DNA from: an uncultured Alphaproteobacteria bacterium
GTDB taxonomy: Bacteria; Pseudomonadota; Alphaproteobacteria; CAAGCB01; CAG-977
Direction of reading: 5' to 3'
Length of the DNA stretch: 64,000 nt
Assembly: GCA_944390195.1 (NCBI GenBank)
Contig: CALXOZ010000001.1
Coordinates: forward strand, 154,663 to 218,662
Shown here: piece by piece, positions 39,892 through 48,695 of the stretch
Numbering within the stretch: position 1 is the stretch's first letter
Layout of the letters: the number at the start of each line of letters is the position of its first letter
The notes under the pieces: model-generated
What the model was told of the DNA's origin: nothing
The model's database searches: none
What the model saw: the letters and a program-made list of their open reading frames with translations, nothing else
Program-made: the position numbers and the translations under genes

Positions 39892-40647
39892 ATGCCTGAA
39901 GCCTTTCTGGAAATAAAGGAAATGACCGTTGCCTATGGCGATAATGTCATCATGAAAGACGTTAGTTTTACGGTAAATAAAGAAGACGTCTTTATTATCA
40001 TGGGGGGGAGCGGATGCGGAAAAAGCACTTTGTTGAGTGTGCTGACAGGGTTGAAGCAACCTGCAAAAGGAACGGAAATATTTGACGGGAAAGTATTTTG
40101 GGGAAACGGAGCGACAAAGGATGATCGTGATGCTTTGATGCGAAAAGCGGGAATCCTTTATCAAAGCGGGGCTTTGTGGTCGTCGATGACGTTGGCTGAA
40201 AATATAGCTTTACCTTTGGAACAATACACAAAATTATCTAAACCGGAAATAAGGGATCTGGTGGCTTTAAAATTGGATTTGGTCGGATTGGGCGGTTTTC
40301 AGGATTATTATCCCGCCGAAATCAGTGGCGGTATGAAAAAAAGAGCCGGTTTGGCAAGAGCGTTGGCTTTGGATCCTAAAATCGTTTTTTTCGACGAACC
40401 TTCCGCCGGATTGGATCCGATCAGTTCAAAAAATCTGGATGACTTGATCTTACAAATTAAAGATAACTTACATACAACCATTGTGATGGTTACTCATGAA
40501 TTGGCTTCGATCTTTGCAATCGGGACAAATTCAATCTTTCTTGACGCTCAAACAAAAACGGTCATTGCCAAAGGAAATCCGACAGATCTTTTGAAAAATC
40601 CACCGAATAAAACATTAGAACACTTCTTAACCCGTGGAGAAAAATAG
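39892..40647 (+). CDS. mlaF: MlaF-family ABC transporter ATP-binding protein
   Basis: True start MPEAFLEIKE (ATG at 39892, GGAG RBS, directly after the mlaE stop). Walker A GGSGCGKST, signature ISGGMKKRAGLARAL, Walker B IVFFDEPSAGLD. Confidence 0.9.
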   Translation: MPEAFLEIKEMTVAYGDNVIMKDVSFTVNKEDVFIIMGGSGCGKSTLLSVLTGLKQPAKGTEIFDGKVFWGNGATKDDRDALMRKAGILYQSGALWSSMTLAENIALPLEQYTKLSKPEIRDLVALKLDLVGLGGFQDYYPAEISGGMKKRAGLARALALDPKIVFFDEPSAGLDPISSKNLDDLILQIKDNLHTTIVMVTHELASIFAIGTNSIFLDAQTKTVIAKGNPTDLLKNPPNKTLEHFLTRGEK

Positions 40648-40656
40648 GAATTTATC

Positions 40657-41565
40657 ATGCAAAAAGCCAATCCAAAATTGATCGGAGTCTTTATTCTTGC
40701 GGCATTTTTCATCTTTATTGCCACTTTTTTATTGATTAATAGAGACCGTTTTTTCTCAAGATCGATAAAATATGTCCTTTATTTCCAAGGATCGATCAAG
40801 GGATTGAATGTCGGTTCTCCTGTCGTTTTCAATGGGGTTCCGATCGGACGGGTCATTCGGATTTCTTTGGTAACCGATGTTCAGACTTTGCAAATCCGCA
40901 TACCGGTCTATATCGAAACAAATAAAAACAGCTTTATCGTGTTGAATGCGGGAAGCAGATCCAGTGAGAAAGATATCCGAATCTTTACTGAAAAAATGAT
41001 CGCAAAAGGTTTGAGGGCAAAATTGGAAAATCAAAGCTTGTTGACAGGACAAATGATGATAGGATTAAGTTATTATCCTGACACTCCTGTGATCTTGCAA
41101 GGAAACAACCCTAAAATAATAGAAATACCGACTTTGCCTTCCACAAGTGAAGAACTGTTGCAGACTTTACAAAAGTTGCCTTTGCAAAAAACGTTGATAA
41201 ATCTTAATGTTTTATTAAGTGAAGCAGACCGGTTGTTGAAGATGATTAATAGTGATTCTCCCGATGTGATCAAAGATGTTTCTTTAATGATGGACGCTTT
41301 GAGGGATGTTGCGCAGAAAACCCGTAAAGCTTTGGGCTCGTTTGACAATGTCGCACATGAGGTTGAAAATACGTTGGAAGTATTTAATAACTCTATGAAA
41401 TCATTCGATAATTCTGTAAAATCATTTCATGAGGATTCTCCGACTATGTTGGATCTTAATAAAATGTTGCGCGATTTCAGTACCGCAGCCCGGTCTTTAC
41501 AAAATTTAGCGGATTATTTGGAACGTCATCCCGAATCGTTGTTAAGAGGAAAAGGAGAAAATTGA
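40657..41565 (+). CDS. mlaD: MlaD / MCE-family substrate-binding protein
   Basis: N-terminal transmembrane anchor then MCE domain (LNVGSPVVFNGVPIGRVIRISL). Confidence 0.8.
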   Translation: MQKANPKLIGVFILAAFFIFIATFLLINRDRFFSRSIKYVLYFQGSIKGLNVGSPVVFNGVPIGRVIRISLVTDVQTLQIRIPVYIETNKNSFIVLNAGSRSSEKDIRIFTEKMIAKGLRAKLENQSLLTGQMMIGLSYYPDTPVILQGNNPKIIEIPTLPSTSEELLQTLQKLPLQKTLINLNVLLSEADRLLKMINSDSPDVIKDVSLMMDALRDVAQKTRKALGSFDNVAHEVENTLEVFNNSMKSFDNSVKSFHEDSPTMLDLNKMLRDFSTAARSLQNLADYLERHPESLLRGKGEN

Positions 41566-42164
41566 TGAAAAAAAATCTTTTTATGCTTCTTACCGGTTTT
41601 ATCTTTCTTGGGGCATGCGGATTTTCCAAACCGGCGACGTTTTATGTTCTGGACAGTAATGATCTGCCTCAAATCAGTACGACACTTTCCAATGCCGATC
41701 ATGTGTTAATCGGAATCGAACCGGTCTTTATGCCGGATTATCTGCAAAAACCTCAGATCGTTATCCGTCAGGCGGATTCCGTTACTTTGACGGCTTCGGA
41801 ATTCAATCGGTGGGCAGAGCAGTTGTCTGATGCTTTTCCTCGCGTATTGGCGCATGCAATCTCTGAAAAAATGGGCTATCCTGCGGCAAAGCAAATTAAT
41901 TTGAATAGAAATTTGTTCCCTTATCGCCTGTTTGTCGAAGTTTTAAGGTTTGATGCCGTGTTCGGTAAAGAAGCCGTTCTGGATACATGGTGGACAATTC
42001 TGTCAAATTCTGGCAAACTGATTTACCGCACGCGTTCGACTTTGGTTGTTCCGGCTGGTGATGATTATTCGAGCGTTGTGGCGGCTGAACAAAAATTAAT
42101 AAAAGAACTGGGAAATGTTATAGCGTACTATGCTGAAGGTTTTCTGGTGAAGGATAAAAAATAA
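41562..42164 (+). CDS. ABC-type transport auxiliary lipoprotein (Mla-associated)
   Basis: Lipoprotein signal MMKKNLFMLLTGFIFLGACG. Follows mlaD with a 4-nt overlap. Confidence 0.6.
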   Translation: MMKKNLFMLLTGFIFLGACGFSKPATFYVLDSNDLPQISTTLSNADHVLIGIEPVFMPDYLQKPQIVIRQADSVTLTASEFNRWAEQLSDAFPRVLAHAISEKMGYPAAKQINLNRNLFPYRLFVEVLRFDAVFGKEAVLDTWWTILSNSGKLIYRTRSTLVVPAGDDYSSVVAAEQKLIKELGNVIAYYAEGFLVKDKK

Positions 42165-43135
42165 TGTCTGTTTTACAACAAAAGTTCAATTCTTTTATTC
42201 CCGAACAGGAATATGGCGATTTAAAACAAAATTTAAATCCTCCCTTTGAAATCGTCGGAGATGAAAAAACGAAAAAGCGTATCACCCGTATGATCAATCA
42301 GATTGTCGTATCGGAAACCGGACGGAAAACATTGGAAATTGCATCCAAAGCGGGATACCAGTTGGGAATGGAGTTCGCTTTCGGCTGTAACGGGGGATGC
42401 AATAAGGAAAATAAAAATATTGTGTTAAATCCTGTTAGTGAAGACGATGTTTTGGTTGGTGTATTAATTCATGAATGTCGTCATGCGGGACAGTTTGAAC
42501 GCGGCGAATATGATGCAAGCGATGATAAACGTCCGAGAAACGAAACGATTAAAACAAATATCATGCGTACCAGAGCTGTTGAAGCCGATGCTCAAGCTAC
42601 TGCCGCTCAGGTTTTAGGTGAAATTATGGAAGCCGGAAACGATGAGCCGTTATTTGCTTTTTGCCGGCAAATCGATAATTACCCGATCGCAAAAGCTTTT
42701 CAAAACGCTTTACGCAATGAAAGCGCTTTAAAAGACGGAACTGCAAGAACTGCGGCTTTTTTAGCGTGGTATGAAAACGAACCCATTAAAAAAGCTTATG
42801 ATGAAGCTTATCAGGTCGAAATGATGACAAGACGGGAAAAAAATAATACCAACCGATCAGATACTTATTCCGTTTCACAACCTGCTTCACGGATCGTTAA
42901 GGAACTGTGCTTGAATAATGACGGCAGTTGTTATTTTTCCGATAATCCAAAAATTTTGGAAACGGGGCACTATGTCGAAGTCAACCGTCAAACGGCGGCA
43001 AAAATAAAAGATCTGATTGATCGAGCCCCAAGTGCCAAAAAATCAATTGAAAACAACCCTGTTGAAGACGATTTTAAAAAATCCTCTTTCAAAACGGCGG
43101 CTCTTACAGCAGTTCTGGCAAGAAAAACACGTTAA
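42164..43135 (+). CDS. hypothetical protein with HExxH zinc-metallopeptidase-like motif, translationally coupled (TAATG) to the Mla operon
   Basis: VLIHECRHAGQFERGE contains HExxH. No signal peptide. Stop/start overlap with the upstream lipoprotein gene. Confidence 0.5.
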   Translation: MSVLQQKFNSFIPEQEYGDLKQNLNPPFEIVGDEKTKKRITRMINQIVVSETGRKTLEIASKAGYQLGMEFAFGCNGGCNKENKNIVLNPVSEDDVLVGVLIHECRHAGQFERGEYDASDDKRPRNETIKTNIMRTRAVEADAQATAAQVLGEIMEAGNDEPLFAFCRQIDNYPIAKAFQNALRNESALKDGTARTAAFLAWYENEPIKKAYDEAYQVEMMTRREKNNTNRSDTYSVSQPASRIVKELCLNNDGSCYFSDNPKILETGHYVEVNRQTAAKIKDLIDRAPSAKKSIENNPVEDDFKKSSFKTAALTAVLARKTR

Positions 43136-43314
43136 CTGCAAGGATCTTCCTTTTAAAGCAGGCAAAAATTATTTTGTCTGCTTTTCTTGTTTTTAAAATT
43201 GAAAGAACAGATTGCCTCTTTTTCAAAATTTCTTAACAGTTAACCCGACTTTAAATCCTTCAGAGGTAATGTTTCGTTATTCTTCTTCATATAAAAAAAC
43301 AACTTTATAAAAAG

Positions 43315-45177
43315 ATGGCGAAAAAAATAAAAAATCAAACAAAAAAGAATAAAAACACGGATGATTCTGTAAAAAAAGAAAAAAAAAGAGTCTTTTTTCA
43401 AAAAGGGTGGAAAAGAAAAATATTCTTGCGCTTTCTTCTTTGTTTGATCGGTGCGATTTTCATATATGTATTGTATTGTATTGCAACTTTGCCGGATATT
43501 GAAAAAGCAATTAAAAATACGCGTGCGCCAAAAATGTATATATTAGCCGCGGACGGTTCGGAAATTGCTTTTTACGGATCAAAATACGGACGTCCTGTCA
43601 GCTTGAAAAATTTGCCGTCTCATGTAACTCAAGCGATCATTGCAACAGAAGATAAACGCTTTTATTCTCATTTCGGTATTGATCTGCGTTCCGTCTTACG
43701 GGCTTTAAGCGTTAATTTGATTAAAGGAAGCAAAGCCCAAGGGGCAAGTACTTTAACCCAACAAGTTGCTAAAAATCTGTTTTTATCTTCTGAAAAAACA
43801 TTTAAACGGAAAGTTCAGGAATTATTATTGGCTTTGTGGCTGGAATATAATTTGACGAAAGATCAAATATTGACGATTTATCTTAATCGTGTTTATTTCG
43901 GATCCGGAACTTACGGTATTGAAGCTGCCGCCCAAAAATATTACGGTGTCAAAGCAAAAGATTTAAGTATGTATCAAGCAGCCGTTTTAGCCGGAGTCTT
44001 GAAAGCTCCCAGTCGTTATAATCCGTTAACGCATCCTGAACGGGCGAATGAACGAGCAAGACTTGTTTTGGCTAATATGGTCAAAGCGGGGTTTGTTTCT
44101 GCTTTAAAAGCTTTGGATATCGCGGAAACAGGAGTGAAAACTCAGCAGGCGAAGAATAAATCCGTTTTTTATTTTACGGATTGGATTGCTGATGAAACCG
44201 AAGCTTATTTGGGCAGTGTCGGGCAAGATATTATTGTTAAAACAACCTTGATCCCGAGTATGCAAGAAACGTTAAATCAAAAAATTGTTCATGCTCTTGA
44301 TTCCGATAAAGCCAAAAATAAAAAAGTCGGACAGGCGGCCGGAATTGTTATGGATGAAAACGGAGCCGTCTTGGCAATGGTTGGTGGAAAGGATTATCGT
44401 TCAAGCCAGTTTAACCGTGCTGTTGATGCCAGACGTCAAATCGGGTCGGCAATAAAACCGTTTGTTTATTTGACCGCTTTTGAAAAAGGGGCGAAGGCAA
44501 ATGATATTGTCCAAGACAAACCGTTATATTTGAATGGATGGAGTCCTAAAAACAATAACGGAAAATATTATGGAGAGATATCTTTGCATGATGCCTTGGT
44601 TTATTCGGTCAATACGGTTGCTGTTGCTACAGCAATTAAAACGGGGGTGCGTTCCGTGTTAAAAAAAGCAAGGAAATTCGGAATAGTTAAATCCGATTGT
44701 CAGGCGAACGGAGCGTTGGCATTAGGAGTATGTCAATCAAGATTGATTGATGCCGTTGCCGCCTATGCTTCTTTGCTTAATGGCGGATTTGCGGTAACAC
44801 CTTACGGTATATCGGAAATTATCGGGCAAAACGGGGAGATATTGTATAAAAGATCCGACGGGGGAAGGGCGCGTCTGGTTGATCCTGTTTATATCGAAGA
44901 AATTGATGCCGCTTTAGCCGATGTTATTAATAAGGGAACGGGAAAAAGAGCAAACCCGACTGTTGAAGCCAGAGGAAAAACAGGAACGACCCAAAATTAT
45001 CGCGATGCTTGGTTTATCGGATATACGGACAATATAGCGGCGGGAATTTGGGTCGGGAATGATGATGAAACGCCAATGGTTAAAGTCGGCGGAGGGGGCT
45101 TGCCCGCTGAAATCTGGAGCGGTGTTGTTCATGACATTTCTTTACCGCCTTTGTACGAGGACATTGCCAACCCTTGA
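43315..45177 (+). CDS. class A penicillin-binding protein (GT51 transglycosylase + transpeptidase), PBP1A/PbpC-like
   Basis: GT51 motifs EDKRFYSHFGID and GASTLTQQ. Transpeptidase SxxK (GSAIKPF), SVN, KTGTT. N-terminal transmembrane anchor. Confidence 0.85.
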   Translation: MAKKIKNQTKKNKNTDDSVKKEKKRVFFQKGWKRKIFLRFLLCLIGAIFIYVLYCIATLPDIEKAIKNTRAPKMYILAADGSEIAFYGSKYGRPVSLKNLPSHVTQAIIATEDKRFYSHFGIDLRSVLRALSVNLIKGSKAQGASTLTQQVAKNLFLSSEKTFKRKVQELLLALWLEYNLTKDQILTIYLNRVYFGSGTYGIEAAAQKYYGVKAKDLSMYQAAVLAGVLKAPSRYNPLTHPERANERARLVLANMVKAGFVSALKALDIAETGVKTQQAKNKSVFYFTDWIADETEAYLGSVGQDIIVKTTLIPSMQETLNQKIVHALDSDKAKNKKVGQAAGIVMDENGAVLAMVGGKDYRSSQFNRAVDARRQIGSAIKPFVYLTAFEKGAKANDIVQDKPLYLNGWSPKNNNGKYYGEISLHDALVYSVNTVAVATAIKTGVRSVLKKARKFGIVKSDCQANGALALGVCQSRLIDAVAAYASLLNGGFAVTPYGISEIIGQNGEILYKRSDGGRARLVDPVYIEEIDAALADVINKGTGKRANPTVEARGKTGTTQNYRDAWFIGYTDNIAAGIWVGNDDETPMVKVGGGGLPAEIWSGVVHDISLPPLYEDIANP

Positions 45178-45586
45178 AATTTTTAAAGAATTTTCGTTTA
45201 ATAAAATTTCTATTTTGGGAAAAAACGGATTTGTTAAAAATGGAAACGGTATCTTAAAGCTTCTTTTTTAGTTTTTATTTTTAATCTCCGGTGTTTTTAT
45301 GGAAAAATTTGCGTCAGCTTGGGGCGGATAAACATTCCGGATGCGTTATTATATGCCTGAATTTGTAAAATGATAAAAAACATTAAAGAAAAAAATTTTA
45401 TTGGAGAGGCTTTTTGAAAACTCACGGTTGTCATTTTTATGACTAAGTATTTCTTTGTTAAAAAGTATTGCAGGTAAAAAATCTGGTTGAGCTCAGAGCG
45501 GGGGGCTTATAAAAAAAGCGTCCGGGAATAAAATTTCCGGACGCAAAACAAACAAAGGAAGATTGAAAAAAAACAATAAGGAGATA

Positions 45587-46294
45587 TTATTTTATAACGA
45601 TATAAGATTTACAATCCTGTCCTTGTGCAGATCCCATTTCACAAGAGATCACTTCGACTTTTGGTTTTTCTTTCGCCATAGCGGGGCATTTTTCAGAAAA
45701 CAGACCGCGTGTACTTACCAAAGAACCGTTAGGTTTGATATTATTTAAAATGACGGGAGATGTTTCCCCTAAAATTGTATATTCAAGTTTCATTTTTTTG
45801 ATGGGAGTGTCCGTACGGTTTTGAACGACAAGCTTCCATGTGCAATTCATTGTGTGACCAGTCAAATCCCGGTAATTGAAATCAGTGATATAAAACCAGA
45901 TTTCTCCTTTGGGCGGAGGCGGAGGAGGAGCCGGCTGTTGAACGGCTGCTTGTCCGGTTGCCGTTTTGTTTTCCAAAGCTTCAAAAGAAGGTAATTCATC
46001 TTCACTTTCGTTGTTTGAATTGACCGTTTGCGATGAAGTAGCCGTTTGTGTTTCATTTTCTTCTTGTATTTTGGGACGCGGCCTGAAAATCGGGCGCGTT
46101 TGTTGTATCGGTTGTTTATTTACACTGTTTTCTTGTTTCTCCGAACTTTGTTGCGGGGTCGTAACCTGTGTGTCTTTTGTGGTAAAACCGGAAGATGACG
46201 TTGATTTTGTTGTATATTGAGCTTGAACAGATGTTGCCAGTCCGCTCAAGATCAAAGAAAAAAGGAATAAACGATTAAAACGCATGCTAAACAC
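45587..46294 (-). CDS. secreted Pro/Thr/Gln-rich hypothetical protein
   Basis: Signal peptide MFSMRFNRLFLFSLILSGLATSVQA. PAPPPPPPKGE segment. C-terminal Cys-containing globular part. Confidence 0.5.
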   Translation of the reverse strand: MFSMRFNRLFLFSLILSGLATSVQAQYTTKSTSSSGFTTKDTQVTTPQQSSEKQENSVNKQPIQQTRPIFRPRPKIQEENETQTATSSQTVNSNNESEDELPSFEALENKTATGQAAVQQPAPPPPPPKGEIWFYITDFNYRDLTGHTMNCTWKLVVQNRTDTPIKKMKLEYTILGETSPVILNNIKPNGSLVSTRGLFSEKCPAMAKEKPKVEVISCEMGSAQGQDCKSYIVIK

Positions 46295-46394
46295 CTTTTG
46301 ACGTAAAAAGATTTAGATCTTAAACTTATCTTAGCTTAATTCGTTTTTTTTTTATATTAAAAAATATGTTTTATTGAAATTCTCGGAGTTTGTG

Positions 46395-47762
46395 ATGAAA
46401 AAATATTTTTTTTGCGGGATCGGCGGCAGCGGGATGAGTGCTTTGGCCTTAATTTTGAAAAGCAGAGGAAAAAGTGTTTGTGGATCGGATCGCTCATACG
46501 ATGCGGGGTTGTATGTGAAAAAGTTCGCGGCGTTGCGTAAACAGGGGATTGCTTTGTTTGCTCAAGACGCCAGCGGTATAGACAACTCGATAGATGCTGT
46601 TGTTGTTTCTTCGGCTGTAGAAGAAAATATAGCGGACATAGTCAAAGCAAGACAAATCGGATTGCCAATTCTTACGCGCGCAAAAGTTTTGGCTGATTTC
46701 TTGCATGAACATAACGGTATTGCTGTCGGAGGGACAAGCGGAAAAACAACGACAACCGGAATGATCGGACATATTTTGAAAGAAACGGGGCTTGATCCGT
46801 GCGTGATTAACGGTGGTGTCATGTTAAATTATGAAACGGATTCCGCATTGGGAAACGTTATCTTGGGAAAAGGGACTTTTTGTGTAATCGAAGCCGATGA
46901 AAGTGATGGATCCATTGAAATGTATAAACCAGCGGTATCCGTCGTAACTTCCATTTCCTTAGATCATAAGCCGATAGACGAATTGAAAGTGCTTTTTGGC
47001 AATTTCGTTCAAAGGGCTTCCGTCGGAGCCGTATTGAATGCGGATTGTCCTGATGTTATGGATTTGAAAGAACGTAATCCGAATGTTTTGACATTCTCCG
47101 TCCAAGGAAAAAAAGCGGATTTAAGCGCAGTGAATATCACCCCTGTCAAAAATGGTGTTCAATTTTCTTTGGACAACGAGCGCGTTTTCTTGCCCGTTAT
47201 CGGAAAACACAATGTTGCTAATGCGTTGGCAGCCTTGGCTTGCGCCGAAATTATCGGGATTCCCAGAAGTCAGGCTATTGTCGCTTTGAAATCCTTTAAG
47301 GGGATCCACCGCCGTATGGAATTGATCGGAGTAACAAAAAAAGGAATAGCCGTGATTGATGATTTTGCGCATAATCCTGAGAAAATTGCGGCAACTTTGT
47401 CGGCTTTAAAAGAATATGACGGCAGAATAATTGCTGTTTATCAACCGCACGGCTTCAAACCGACAAAAATCATGCGTCAAGGGATTGTCGAAGCTTTTAC
47501 TAACGGTTTGGATTCAGATGACATCTTGATTATGCAGGAAATTTATTACGCAGGTGGAACAACGCAAAAAGACATTTCGGCGAACGATCTGGTAAAGGAT
47601 CTTGAAAAATCCGGAAAACAGGCTTTCTTCATTGCGGACAGAGATCAAATTGAAAATTTTATAAAACAGCGAGCTTGTAAGGGAGACAGGATCGTTATCA
47701 TGGGGGCTCGCGATGAAACGTTAACGGATTTTGCTTGGCGCATTTATGAAGCTGTTGCATGA
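46395..47762 (+). CDS. mpl: Mur ligase family protein, probable UDP-N-acetylmuramate:tripeptide ligase Mpl (MurC paralogue)
   Basis: N-terminal FCGIGGSGMSALALILKSRGKSVCGSD and GGTSGKTTTT P-loop. Located next to ldcA (murein recycling), away from any dcw cluster genes. Confidence 0.6.
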   Translation: MKKYFFCGIGGSGMSALALILKSRGKSVCGSDRSYDAGLYVKKFAALRKQGIALFAQDASGIDNSIDAVVVSSAVEENIADIVKARQIGLPILTRAKVLADFLHEHNGIAVGGTSGKTTTTGMIGHILKETGLDPCVINGGVMLNYETDSALGNVILGKGTFCVIEADESDGSIEMYKPAVSVVTSISLDHKPIDELKVLFGNFVQRASVGAVLNADCPDVMDLKERNPNVLTFSVQGKKADLSAVNITPVKNGVQFSLDNERVFLPVIGKHNVANALAALACAEIIGIPRSQAIVALKSFKGIHRRMELIGVTKKGIAVIDDFAHNPEKIAATLSALKEYDGRIIAVYQPHGFKPTKIMRQGIVEAFTNGLDSDDILIMQEIYYAGGTTQKDISANDLVKDLEKSGKQAFFIADRDQIENFIKQRACKGDRIVIMGARDETLTDFAWRIYEAVA

Positions 47763-47810
47763 AAAAAAAGCTTGCCTTCATACCTGAACATCCGAAAAAA
47801 GAGATGAAAT

Positions 47811-48695
47811 ATGAAAAAAATCGGTTTGTTATCACCGGCTAGTTCCGTTTCTCAAAGTGATTTGGAAAACAGTGTTGTTTATTGGCAAAAGCAGGGGTAT
47901 GAAATTGTTTTTTCAGAAAACCTGTATGCGAAAAACCGTTTTCTGGCAGGAACGGATCAACAGCGTATCGATGATTTGACGGCTTTGTTTGCAGATGACA
48001 GCGTGGATTTTATTGTTGCCGCAGGCGGTGGATATGGGTCTGGTAGAATTTTGAAAAAAATAGATTATGATTTGATCGCCCGCCATAAAAAACCTTTTTT
48101 CGGGTTAAGTGATACAACCGCATTACAAATGGGATTGTTGGCGAAATCGGATCTGGTCAGTTTTTCGGGATATATGATGAAACAGCGTTACGGAAAACCT
48201 GTTTATCCATATACGGAACGCTCTTTATTTGATTGTTTGTCGGCACATTCTCAAATGTTTTACGGCTTGCATCCTTGTTTCAAAGGCGAAACGATTTCCG
48301 GAACTTTGATCGGAGGGTGTCTGTCTTTGGTGACAAGTTTGGTGGGAACACCGTTTTTTCCAATGGTTAAAGATCCGATTCTGATCTTGGAAGATTTGAA
48401 TGAAGAGCCGTATGTAATTGACCGGATGTTGACCCAGATGGATAATGCCGGTGTTTTTGAGGCGGTAAAGGCTGTCGTTTTCGGAACGTTTATTAATTGT
48501 AAAGCCAAAGAAAAAGAGGACGGTACGCTTGACGATGTCTTTGAAGAGTGGAAAAATAAAATGAAACCTCCTTGTTTTTTCGGTTTTCCTTACGGTCATC
48601 AGCCGGAATCCGCCGTCTGGCCCATCGGAGGACGGGCGGAAATCAATCCTGTTATCGGAAGTTTGTGTGTATTCGGAGTGAATTATTATGGTTGA
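47811..48695 (+). CDS. ldcA: LD-carboxypeptidase (peptidase S66)
   Basis: MKKIGLLSPASSV start, GYMMKQRY region, and the overall S66 layout. Confidence 0.75.
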   Translation: MKKIGLLSPASSVSQSDLENSVVYWQKQGYEIVFSENLYAKNRFLAGTDQQRIDDLTALFADDSVDFIVAAGGGYGSGRILKKIDYDLIARHKKPFFGLSDTTALQMGLLAKSDLVSFSGYMMKQRYGKPVYPYTERSLFDCLSAHSQMFYGLHPCFKGETISGTLIGGCLSLVTSLVGTPFFPMVKDPILILEDLNEEPYVIDRMLTQMDNAGVFEAVKAVVFGTFINCKAKEKEDGTLDDVFEEWKNKMKPPCFFGFPYGHQPESAVWPIGGRAEINPVIGSLCVFGVNYYG

